From the NCBI GenBank assembly GCA_015523445.1, contig WAKG01000085.1, positions 1 through 62,812 on the forward strand: a DNA stretch of 62,812 nucleotides, read 5' to 3'. Origin of the DNA: Desulfurococcales archaeon. GTDB taxonomy: Archaea; Thermoproteota; Thermoprotei_A; Sulfolobales; Acidilobaceae. A model generated the notes under the pieces. It was not told the origin of the DNA and ran no database searches. It saw nothing but the letters and a program-made list of their open reading frames with translations. This document shows positions 55,504 through 62,812 of the stretch, in pieces (positions within the stretch are counted from its first letter, which is position 1; the number at the start of each line of letters is the position of its first letter). Position numbers and translations under genes: made by a program.

Positions 55504-56655
55504 GTGCCTCCTAGCATGGTGGACCTGGATAGCCTCCAGGTTATAAGGAATAGTGTGGAGGAGTTCGCCTCAGAGCTGGAGCCCTACGCCCAACTCATAG
55601 ACAGGGAGAACCGGGTGCCAGAGGATGTGCTGGCAAGGATAGCTGACATGGGCTACTTCGCCCTCAGAGTGCCGGAGGAGTATGGGGGCCCCGGCCTCAG
55701 CCTCCTCGAGAGCGTGGTGGTTGTAGAGGAGCTGGCCAGGGTTAGCAGCGCTATAGCTATAATGGCCACAGTGAGCGGGAGCATGGTCCCGTACCCCCTG
55801 GTCCACTACGCCAGCGAGGAGCTAAAGAAGGAGTACCTGGGCAGGCTGGCCGAGGGTAAGCTAGGTGCCTTCGCCCTAACAGAGCCCTGCTGCGGGAGCG
55901 ATGCTGCGGCGCTGATGACCAGGGCCACGCCGGAGGGCGGAGAGTATGTTGTAGATGGGGAGAAGGTCTTCATAACCAACGCTCCCTACGCCGACTTCTT
56001 CATAGTAGCCGCTAGGACTGGGAGACCTGAGGATAGGCACAGGGGTATATCGCTCCTCGTGGTTGATAATGGGCCTTGCGTCGAGGTGTCTAAGCTTGAG
56101 ATGATGGGTTATAGGGGTAGTGGGACGAGCCTGGTTAGGTTCAATGAGTGCAGGGTGCCCAGGGAGAATATGATAGGAGAGCCTAACACCGGTTTCAAGA
56201 AGGTGATGATGACGCTGAATGAGGGTAGGATCACCACGTCGGCCACTGGCCTGGGCATAATGCAGGCCGCCTTTGACGATGCGTTTGAGTATGCGAGGCA
56301 GAGGGAGAGCATGGGGAAGCCCCTGGTGGAGCACCAGATGGTGCAGTATATGCTGGCGGAGATGAAGGTCCTGCTAGAGACGTCCAGGCTCCTCGTATAT
56401 ACAGCGGCTGAGAAGCTGGACGAGGGATCTGAGGACCTACCCCTATACTCGAGCATGGCTAAGCTCCACACGGCAAAGGCGGGGGTGGACTTGGTTAGGA
56501 TGGCCATGCAGATACTGGGCGGCACCGGCTATAGTAAGGATAGCAGGGTGGAGAGGCTCTACAGGGATATAAAGATGATCGAGATCGGCGATGGTACCAA
56601 CGAGGTTCAGAGGATGGTTATTGTTAAGAGTCTGCTGGGCAAGATAAGAGTCTAG
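55504..56655 (+). CDS. Acyl-CoA dehydrogenase
   Basis: GAFALTEPCCGSDAAAL, FITNA, and the C-terminal QILGGTGYSKDSRVERLYRDIKMIEIGDGTNEVQ with the catalytic Glu region. Confidence 0.9.
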   Translation: MPPSMVDLDSLQVIRNSVEEFASELEPYAQLIDRENRVPEDVLARIADMGYFALRVPEEYGGPGLSLLESVVVVEELARVSSAIAIMATVSGSMVPYPLVHYASEELKKEYLGRLAEGKLGAFALTEPCCGSDAAALMTRATPEGGEYVVDGEKVFITNAPYADFFIVAARTGRPEDRHRGISLLVVDNGPCVEVSKLEMMGYRGSGTSLVRFNECRVPRENMIGEPNTGFKKVMMTLNEGRITTSATGLGIMQAAFDDAFEYARQRESMGKPLVEHQMVQYMLAEMKVLLETSRLLVYTAAEKLDEGSEDLPLYSSMAKLHTAKAGVDLVRMAMQILGGTGYSKDSRVERLYRDIKMIEIGDGTNEVQRMVIVKSLLGKIRV

Positions 56656-56750
56656 CTGTGTACAAGCGTTCCCCGCCTAGGCCATATTCATATCCTTTAT
56701 ACACCTAGAGCTGCATGGATGTAGGGAAATATTTATAAGTGCTGGGACGC

Positions 56751-56776
56751 ACGTTTAAGGGATCAGCTTTAAACGT
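56751..56776. promoter_or_regulatory. Perfect 8-bp inverted repeat ACGTTTAA-N10-TTAAACGT upstream of the 2-oxoacid dehydrogenase operon
   Basis: Arms at 56751-56758 and 56769-56776. The repeat sits between two TATA-like elements (AAATATTTATAAG at ~56728 and ATATTTACATATA at ~56846), about 100-125 nt upstream of GTG 56878. Confidence 0.4.
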
Positions 56777-56877
56777 AAAGAGAGGTCCCACAACTTTTAA
56801 TAGAACCCTATATATTTTAATGGGTGAAGCAAGCTATTATAACCCATATTTACATATACTGACAAGGTGCCCGATCC

Positions 56878-58014
56878 GTGGAGGTCCTAGGGAGGAGAGA
56901 CATCCTTAACATAGATAGGGCTCTAGGCCTATATAGGGTCCTGGACGAGGACGGGAACCCCGTAGCAGGGGAACCCAGCCTCCCAGACAAGCTCCTACTT
57001 GACATGTATACATACATGGTAAGGGCTAGGATACTAGACGGGTGGCTCCTTAAACTCCAGAGGATGGGCAGGGTAGCGCTTCACGCACCCAACAAGGGGC
57101 AGGAGGCTGCGGCGGTAGGGGCAACACTAGCCCTCAAGAGGGAGGACTGGCTCTTCCCCAGCTACAGGGAGCTGGGCGCCCTCCTCGTCAGGGGCATGAC
57201 CGAAGAGGAGATACTCGACAGGGCCCTAACCACAATAGACGATCCACTGAAGGGCAGCGACTTCGCGATCTATGGCCACAGGAAGTACAATATAGTCCCA
57301 GCACCGGTGCCAGTGGCAAACCAGATCCCCCACGCAGTGGGGGCTGCGCTGGCTGCGAAAATCATGGGGGACAAGATCGTCACCATGACATTCTTCGGGG
57401 ACGGATCCACAAGCAGGGGCGACTTCCACACAGGCCTAAACTTCGCAGGCGTCTTCAAGGCACCCGTAGTCTTCGTGAACCAGAACAACCAGTGGGCAAT
57501 ATCAGTGCCCCTCAAGAGGCAGACAGCCTCACCAACAATAGCAATCAAGGGAGTAGCCTACGGTGTCCCAGGAATCAGGGTGGATGGAAACGATGTGATA
57601 GCAGTATACACAGTGGCAATGGAGGCGGTGGAGAGGGCCAGAAGCGGCGAGGGACCCACACTAATAGAGGCAGTAACCTACAGGCTAGGCCCCCACACCA
57701 CTGCCGACGACCCCACAAGGTACAGGGTGGAGGAGGAGGTCAGGGAGTGGGAGAGAAAGGAGCCCCTCAGGAGGATGAGGAGATACCTCATCTCCCGGGG
57801 GCTACTGACCGAGGAGGAGGATAAGGCGCTGTGGAGCGAGTGGGAGAAGAGGATAGAGGAGACAGTGGTCAAGGTGCTCGAGAAGCCGCCGTTACCACCC
57901 GAAGTCGTTCTGGAGGACGTTTACGAGGAGCCACCGTGGAACCTGAGGGAGCAGATGAGGGAGCTGAGGGATAGCATTAGGCTGCTCAAGGAGCTCGGCG
58001 TCGAGCTAGAGTAG
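56878..58014 (+). CDS. 2-oxoacid dehydrogenase E1 component, alpha subunit (TPP-binding)
   Basis: FFGDGSTSRGDFHTGLNFAGVFKAPVVFVNQNNQWAIS is the TPP GDG...NN motif. 378 aa. GTG start. Confidence 0.9.
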   Translation: MEVLGRRDILNIDRALGLYRVLDEDGNPVAGEPSLPDKLLLDMYTYMVRARILDGWLLKLQRMGRVALHAPNKGQEAAAVGATLALKREDWLFPSYRELGALLVRGMTEEEILDRALTTIDDPLKGSDFAIYGHRKYNIVPAPVPVANQIPHAVGAALAAKIMGDKIVTMTFFGDGSTSRGDFHTGLNFAGVFKAPVVFVNQNNQWAISVPLKRQTASPTIAIKGVAYGVPGIRVDGNDVIAVYTVAMEAVERARSGEGPTLIEAVTYRLGPHTTADDPTRYRVEEEVREWERKEPLRRMRRYLISRGLLTEEEDKALWSEWEKRIEETVVKVLEKPPLPPEVVLEDVYEEPPWNLREQMRELRDSIRLLKELGVELE

Positions 58015-58023
58015 CCCCTAGGG

Positions 58024-59010
58024 GTGATCTCGGTGCCGGTCATGAACATGGTGCAGGCCCTAAATCAGGCCCTAAGGGAGGAGATGGCTAGGGATCCGAG
58101 GGTTGTAGTGCTGGGAGAGGATGTAGGCAGAAGGGGTGGAGTATTCCTCGTGACGGAGGGCCTCATCGACGAGTTCGGCGAGATGAGGGTGATCGATACG
58201 CCGCTCACCGAGATGGGTATAATAGGCGTTGCCATAGGCATGGCCCTCTACGGGCTGAGGCCTGTTGCAGAGATACAGTTTATCGACTTTGTCTACGAGG
58301 CGTTCGACCAGATCGTTAGTAACATGGCGAAGATAAGGTACAGGAGCGGTGGCATGTATAGTGTGCCCATGGTGCTCAGGAGCCCCTGCTGCGGCGGCAT
58401 AAGGGGAGGGATGCACCATAGCCAGAGCCCGGAGGCATACTTCATGCACACCGCTGGCCTAATCACGGTTATGCCATCAACTCCATACGACGCTAAGGGG
58501 CTACTCAAGGCCTCTATAAGGAGCAATGACCCCGTGATCTTCCTAGAGCCTAAGAGCGTCTACAGGACGATAAAGGAGGAGGTGCCCGATAGGGACTACA
58601 CAGTGCCCCTAGGCAAGGCCAGGCTTGTCAGGGAGGGTAGTGATGTGACGATAGTTACTTGGGGTGCAATGGTGTACCAGTCCCTGGAGGCGGCTAAGCT
58701 GGTTGAGGAGAGGCATGGGTGGAGCGTCGAGGTGATCGACCTCAGAACCCTATTCCCCTTCGACAGGGATGCGATAGTGGAGAGCCTGGAGAAGACGGAG
58801 AGGCTTGTAATAGTGCATGAAGCCCCGAAGACAGTGGGCCCGGGGGCTGAGATAGCCGCTTACATAGCGGAGAACCACATAGAACTGCTCAGAGGCCCCA
58901 TAGCCAGGGTAACAGGATTCGACACACCATTCCCCCTAGCCCACGAGAAGCTATACATGCCCAACATAGCAAGGATCTACATGGCCCTCAAGAAGGTCAT
59001 GCAGTACTAG
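58024..59010 (+). CDS. 2-oxoacid dehydrogenase E1 component, beta subunit
   Basis: MVQALNQALREEMARDPRVVVLGEDVG..GGVF..T.GL...FG..RVIDTPL.E.GI.G. Confidence 0.9.
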   Translation: MISVPVMNMVQALNQALREEMARDPRVVVLGEDVGRRGGVFLVTEGLIDEFGEMRVIDTPLTEMGIIGVAIGMALYGLRPVAEIQFIDFVYEAFDQIVSNMAKIRYRSGGMYSVPMVLRSPCCGGIRGGMHHSQSPEAYFMHTAGLITVMPSTPYDAKGLLKASIRSNDPVIFLEPKSVYRTIKEEVPDRDYTVPLGKARLVREGSDVTIVTWGAMVYQSLEAAKLVEERHGWSVEVIDLRTLFPFDRDAIVESLEKTERLVIVHEAPKTVGPGAEIAAYIAENHIELLRGPIARVTGFDTPFPLAHEKLYMPNIARIYMALKKVMQY

Positions 59011-59016
59011 CCTAGG

Positions 59017-60276
59017 GTGGGAGCCATGCCAGTGGTGCAGGTAAAGCTACCCGATATAGGAGAGGGGATAGCGGAGGGCGAGATAGTAAGGTGGCTAGTA
59101 AAGGAGGGTGAAGCGGTCAAGAGGTTCCAGCCGATAGTAGAGGTCCTAACCGCTAAGGCGACAGTGGAGATACCCTCACCCTACACGGGCAGAATACACA
59201 GGCTACTAGCATCAGAGGGTGACACCGTCAGGGTTGGGCAGCCAATAGTAGAGATCGAGACAGACACGGCTGAGCCTGGCGAGCCCCAGGAGCCTGTGGA
59301 GAAGGTAAGGGAGCAGACCGTGGAGGCTAAGACCATGCAGGAAGCCCCGGCTAGGGGGCCCACTGCACCTCCAAGCCAGGGCACTGCCAGGGTCAGGGCG
59401 CCCCCAAGCGTGAGGCTACTGGCCAGGAAGCTGGGGATAGACCTGTCCAAGGTTAAGGGTACCGGGCCACGCGGAGTAGTGACTAAGAATGATGTGCTGG
59501 CCTACGCCGAGGCTCAGAGGAGTGCACCCCAGCCTGCCATGCAGGTGGCCAGGGAGGTAGGTGTCCAGGAGGAGAGGATACCCCTCAGGGGAGTCAAGAA
59601 GGTCATGGCTGAGAGGATGGTTGAGGCGAAGACTAGGATACCCCACGCCTACGTGGTTGAGGAGGTGGATATAACAGAGCTACTAGCTGTTAGGGAGAAG
59701 CTGAAGCCCCTGGCTGAGGAGAAGGGTGTGAAGCTCACCGTGCTCCCATTCATCATGAAGGCCGTGGTCAAGGCGATACGGGAGTACCCCCTCATGAACT
59801 CCAGCCTAGATGAGGAGAGGGGGGAGATAGTTGTCAGGAAGACTGTGAACCTGGGCTTTGCCGTGGACACGCCCCACGGCCTCATGGTGCCAGTAATAAA
59901 GAACGCTGACTCCAAGGGCCTCTTCCAGCTGGCAAGGGAGGTGAGGGAGCTAGCCGCTAGGGCCAGGGAGGCTAAGCTGGGCCTGGACGAGGTTAGGGGC
60001 AGTACATTCTCCATATCAAACTACGGCTCCATAGGGGGAGTGCTGGGCATACCGGTCATAAACCCGCCTGAGGCAGCCATCCTAGGTGTGGGCAGGATCA
60101 GGAGGGAGCCCAGGATCAGGGATGGCAGGATCGAGGAGAGGAGCCTAGTATACCTAACCCTGAGCTTCGACCATAGGATACTGGAGGGTGGATATGCCAC
60201 CAGGTTCCTGGTTAGGGTTAAGGAGCTGCTGGAGAACCCAATACTACTCCTAGCAGGGGACGGGGAGTTGGATTAG
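59017..60276 (+). CDS. 2-oxoacid dehydrogenase E2 component (dihydrolipoamide acyltransferase)
   Basis: Lipoyl domain LPDIGEGIAEGEIVRWLVKEGE...VEVLTAKATVEIPS (lipoyl-Lys in TAKAT). E3-binding domain PSVRLLARKLGIDLSKVKGTGPRG. Catalytic domain SFDHRILEGG. Confidence 0.9.
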   Translation: MGAMPVVQVKLPDIGEGIAEGEIVRWLVKEGEAVKRFQPIVEVLTAKATVEIPSPYTGRIHRLLASEGDTVRVGQPIVEIETDTAEPGEPQEPVEKVREQTVEAKTMQEAPARGPTAPPSQGTARVRAPPSVRLLARKLGIDLSKVKGTGPRGVVTKNDVLAYAEAQRSAPQPAMQVAREVGVQEERIPLRGVKKVMAERMVEAKTRIPHAYVVEEVDITELLAVREKLKPLAEEKGVKLTVLPFIMKAVVKAIREYPLMNSSLDEERGEIVVRKTVNLGFAVDTPHGLMVPVIKNADSKGLFQLAREVRELAARAREAKLGLDEVRGSTFSISNYGSIGGVLGIPVINPPEAAILGVGRIRREPRIRDGRIEERSLVYLTLSFDHRILEGGYATRFLVRVKELLENPILLLAGDGELD

Positions 60277-60289
60277 AGAGGGAGCGGCG

Positions 60290-61666
60290 GTGGCCGAGAG
60301 GTATGATGTTGCAGTCGTGGGCGGCGGCCCCGGCGGGTACCCTGCAGCGATAAGGGCGGCCCAGCTGGGAGCCAGGGTAGCGCTCGTGGAGGAGGATAGG
60401 CTGGGGGGTGAGTGCACCAACTACGGGTGCATACCGACCAAGGCAATGGTTAGGCCCCTGGAAGCAATCCACAGGGCGGCCAGCCTCTCATTCACCAGGG
60501 GCGGCTTGGAGGTTGACTTCGAGGCGTTGATGGAGTGGGTCGGCAGCGTGGTGAGCCAGGTTTCGGGTGGAGTGGAGACGCTGCTCAAGGGGTATGATGT
60601 GGAGGTCATAAGGGGCAGGGCCAGGCTCGTCAGCTCCACTGCCCTGGAGGTTGATGGAGGGAAGATCTGGGCTAACCGGATAGTTATAGCTACGGGAACG
60701 AGCCCCTCCAGCATTCCAGGGCTGAGCGTGGACGGGGAGGTTGTACACAACAACAGGACCATACTGGGGCTCAGGAGGAAGCCGGGGAGCATGCTGATCA
60801 TAGGAGGCGGCTACATAGGTGTGGAGTACGCCAACGTCATGGCCAAGCTCGGGGTGGAGGTTAGCATTGTGGAGATGATGCCCCGCCTCCTACCAGGCAT
60901 GGACAAGGACCTAGCGCGGGTGGCCCAGAGGAGGCTGAAGAAGCTGGGTGTAGAGGTACACACCAACACAATGGTCAAGGAGATTAAGACCGGTGAGGGC
61001 GGGGCCGTGGCTACACTCTCAAGCGGGGTCAAGTTGGAGGCGGAGAAGGTCCTAGTAGCTGTGGGTAGGAGGCCCAACACCAGGGGCCTGGGGCTAGAGA
61101 ACGCAGGGGTGAGCCTTGACGAGAGGGGTTATATAAGGGTAGACGATGGGATGGCGACAAGCAACCCCAGGATATATGCCAGCGGTGACGTGGCAGGGCC
61201 CCCACTGCTAGCCCACAAGGCATTCCTCCAGGGTGCAGTAGCTGGGGAGAACGCCGCTGGTGGAGACGCTGTCTACCAGCCCCGTGCAGTCCCAGCCGTG
61301 GTATACACGGAGCCGGAGCTAGCCTCGGTGGGCTATACGCTGGATGAGGCTAGGGAGGCCGGGTTCAACGCCGGGGAGAAGAGGTATCCCCTAGGCGGCC
61401 TGGCGATGGCTAGGATAGAGGATGCAACCGACGGCATGATCAAGCTGGTATATGATGTTGATAGCCAGCAGATACTGGGAGTGCACATAGCGGCGCCCCA
61501 TGCGGGGGAGATTATAGCTGGGCTAACCCTAGCACTAGAATACGGGGCGACGCTGGAGGACCTAGCACTAACGATACACCCCCACCCCTCGATAGTGGAG
61601 GCTGTGAGGGAGGCGGCTGAGCTGGTGCTGGGGAAGCCGATACACTACATACTCAGGAGGGGCTAG
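60290..61666 (+). CDS. lpdA: Dihydrolipoamide dehydrogenase (E3)
   Basis: YDVAVVGGGPGGY, redox disulfide GGECTNYGCIPTK, second Rossmann IIGGGYIGVE, C-terminal HPHPSIVE. Confidence 0.9.
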   Translation: MAERYDVAVVGGGPGGYPAAIRAAQLGARVALVEEDRLGGECTNYGCIPTKAMVRPLEAIHRAASLSFTRGGLEVDFEALMEWVGSVVSQVSGGVETLLKGYDVEVIRGRARLVSSTALEVDGGKIWANRIVIATGTSPSSIPGLSVDGEVVHNNRTILGLRRKPGSMLIIGGGYIGVEYANVMAKLGVEVSIVEMMPRLLPGMDKDLARVAQRRLKKLGVEVHTNTMVKEIKTGEGGAVATLSSGVKLEAEKVLVAVGRRPNTRGLGLENAGVSLDERGYIRVDDGMATSNPRIYASGDVAGPPLLAHKAFLQGAVAGENAAGGDAVYQPRAVPAVVYTEPELASVGYTLDEAREAGFNAGEKRYPLGGLAMARIEDATDGMIKLVYDVDSQQILGVHIAAPHAGEIIAGLTLALEYGATLEDLALTIHPHPSIVEAVREAAELVLGKPIHYILRRG

Positions 61667-61971
61667 GCCCCGCCGGGCGGCGAGAGGAGCCCCCGGATCA
61701 CCTTTATATTCTCCTCTATGATAGCCCTGGTGTCATCGGGTAGGCTAGACCTGTCGATGTAGACCCTTCCATCGGGCAGGGTGGAGGCTAGCCCGCGGGA
61801 CACCATGGATCTTACCGTATCCTCGACATCCTCCCACCCGCCGACAACGTGGAGCCCCCTGACAACGAGGAATCTGTAGTATAGCTTGAGCTCCTCGAGG
61901 GTTAAGGGCCTAGCTGATAGGAGCGTTAGGGCCAGCTCCATAGAGGTCATATATCTCCTCCAGGCCACCAC
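61663..61971 (-). CDS. Small hypothetical protein (possibly winged-helix-like)
   Basis: 102-aa ORF whose stop overlaps the lpdA stop region. No diagnostic motif. Confidence 0.3.
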   Translation of the reverse strand: MVAWRRYMTSMELALTLLSARPLTLEELKLYYRFLVVRGLHVVGGWEDVEDTVRSMVSRGLASTLPDGRVYIDRSSLPDDTRAIIEENIKVIRGLLSPPGGA

Positions 61972-62037
61972 GGCAACACCAGGATATCGGTAGGCGTGTC
62001 GGGAGTTAAGCTAGCCCCAGGCCGGTGATACAGTGGC

Positions 62038-62812
62038 CTATAGCCTCCGTATTACCTCGCTGATCGAGGGCCTGCTCCACGGCTCGGCCTGAAGCATCTC
62101 GCCCACAAGATCCCTCAGCCCGGGATCCACGCCTCCTAGCAGGGCATCAAGCTCGGCCCTACTCATGCCAACCCTACGGCTCCCATCCAGAACCTTACCG
62201 GTGGAGGCCTCAAGGATCAGGACTCCAAGCTGGTACACGTCAACCCTATCCTCATACCCTAGCCTGCTAGCCCTAGCCGCCAGGTCGGCGTATACCTGCT
62301 CCGGCGCGCAATAGCCGGGGGTACAGTGGATCCTCACACTAGGCCCCAGGCTGGCTCTCTCAGCCTCCTCCAGTAGGCTCCTAACACTGCTATAATCCCC
62401 CAGCTTCAACACGCCGGAGGAGACGAGCACGTTCTCCGGCTTCACATCTCCATGCACCAGCCCCCTGCTGTGGAGGAACCTGAGCCCGCTGGCCACGTGG
62501 AGCGCTGCACCCCTAACCAGAGCCGCACTCAGCCTGGCCCTAGGTATCCACCTCCTCAAGCTACCACCGTCAGCATATTCATAGACAGCCACGGGGAGGA
62601 CCCTCGAGTAGCCCAGCACCCTAACCAGGTTGGGGTGGACGAGCTTGTAGAGCCATGAGGCCTCGGGGGTCAATGCTCCCTCGGCAACTGTGGGTAGGGG
62701 CTCTCCTCCCTCTAGAGCACCTGAGAGGCTTTTGGAGGCCTTCAGGGCATAAACTCCGGTGGGGGTGGTGCACCTGTATACGCATCCCCAGCCTCCGCAG
62801 CCTAGGAGGCAG
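62038..62812 (-). CDS. Eukaryotic-type Ser/Thr protein kinase; 5' end beyond the window
   Basis: Catalytic loop LVHGDVKPENVLV, then DYSS (DFG-like) and APE (YCAPEQ). The frame stays open upstream of the track start to the window edge and encodes the glycine loop and VAIK lysine: ...LGCGGWGCVYRCTTPTGVYALKA... Confidence 0.85.
   Translation of the reverse strand, partial: CLLGCGGWGCVYRCTTPTGVYALKASKSLSGALEGGEPLPTVAEGALTPEASWLYKLVHPNLVRVLGYSRVLPVAVYEYADGGSLRRWIPRARLSAALVRGAALHVASGLRFLHSRGLVHGDVKPENVLVSSGVLKLGDYSSVRSLLEEAERASLGPSVRIHCTPGYCAPEQVYADLAARASRLGYEDRVDVYQLGVLILEASTGKVLDGSRRVGMSRAELDALLGGVDPGLRDLVGEMLQAEPWSRPSISEVIRRL

Noticed and set aside
1-62812. CRISPR arrays, rRNA genes and tRNA genes
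   Set aside because: I scanned all intergenic gaps longer than 60 nt (4735-5095, 7135-7240, 10510-10706, 17093-17166, 19396-19537, 29708-29986, 32020-32159, 39224-39548, 41379-41514, 43874-43953, 44335-44471, 51948-52144, 55327-55503, 56656-56877, 61972-62037). None shows a regularly spaced repeat, a cloverleaf-like acceptor/T-arm pairing or rRNA-like sequence.

Overview
This window reads as chromosome from a hyperthermophilic crenarchaeon, probably Desulfurococcales-like. That placement rests only on gene content: reverse gyrase, aEF-2, L15e/L37Ae, the archaeal exosome/proteasome superoperon and an 11-subunit Nuo lacking NuoEFG.

Coding density is very high, and most long ORFs antisense to the genes listed below are GC-driven shadow ORFs.

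**Core blocks**
- 1-19.4 kb: a CN-hydrolase-like gene (partial), reverse gyrase, an MFS transporter, an S49/SDH-type protease, L15e and a YchF/Obg-type GTPase.
- Same block, the superoperon as two divergent arms: Pop5 and PsmA leftward; SBDS, Rrp4, Rrp41, Rrp42, L37Ae, Brix, Pcc1 and prefoldin beta rightward. A DHH phosphoesterase, short XPF and EF-2 follow.
- 19.5-29.7 kb: nuoABCDHIJK-M-L-N.
- 43.9-62.8 kb: an AdoMetDC-like pyruvoyl enzyme and MobA.
- Same block: a Tat-exported, Cys-type FDH-N-like formate dehydrogenase operon (small ORF, alpha, beta, cytochrome b, FdhE-like, FdhD).
- Same block: tungsten AOR, an FAD oxidoreductase, an acyl-CoA dehydrogenase and a four-gene 2-oxoacid dehydrogenase complex (E1a, E1b, E2, E3).
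- Window end: a small wHTH-like ORF and a partial Ser/Thr kinase.

**Accessory stretch, about 29.7-43.1 kb (the most interesting part)**
1. A sharply AT-rich insertion directly after nuoN. It carries a translationally coupled ABC/SMC-type ATPase plus a 180-aa TOPRIM/DUF4276-like protein, and I read it as a candidate two-gene defence module.
2. A minus-strand operon: NurA-like protein, an unusually long HerA/DUF87-type ATPase, a short beta-CASP metallo-beta-lactamase nuclease and a small membrane protein.
3. A divergent, compositionally mosaic 609-aa winged-helix orphan flanked by AT-rich DNA.
4. A 197-aa unknown coupled to a 257-aa TGT-fold protein resembling DpdA (7-deazaguanine DNA transglycosylase).

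I found no rRNA or tRNA genes, no CRISPR array, no integrase or transposase, and no clear att repeats. All homology statements come from motif recognition by eye and need profile searches to confirm.
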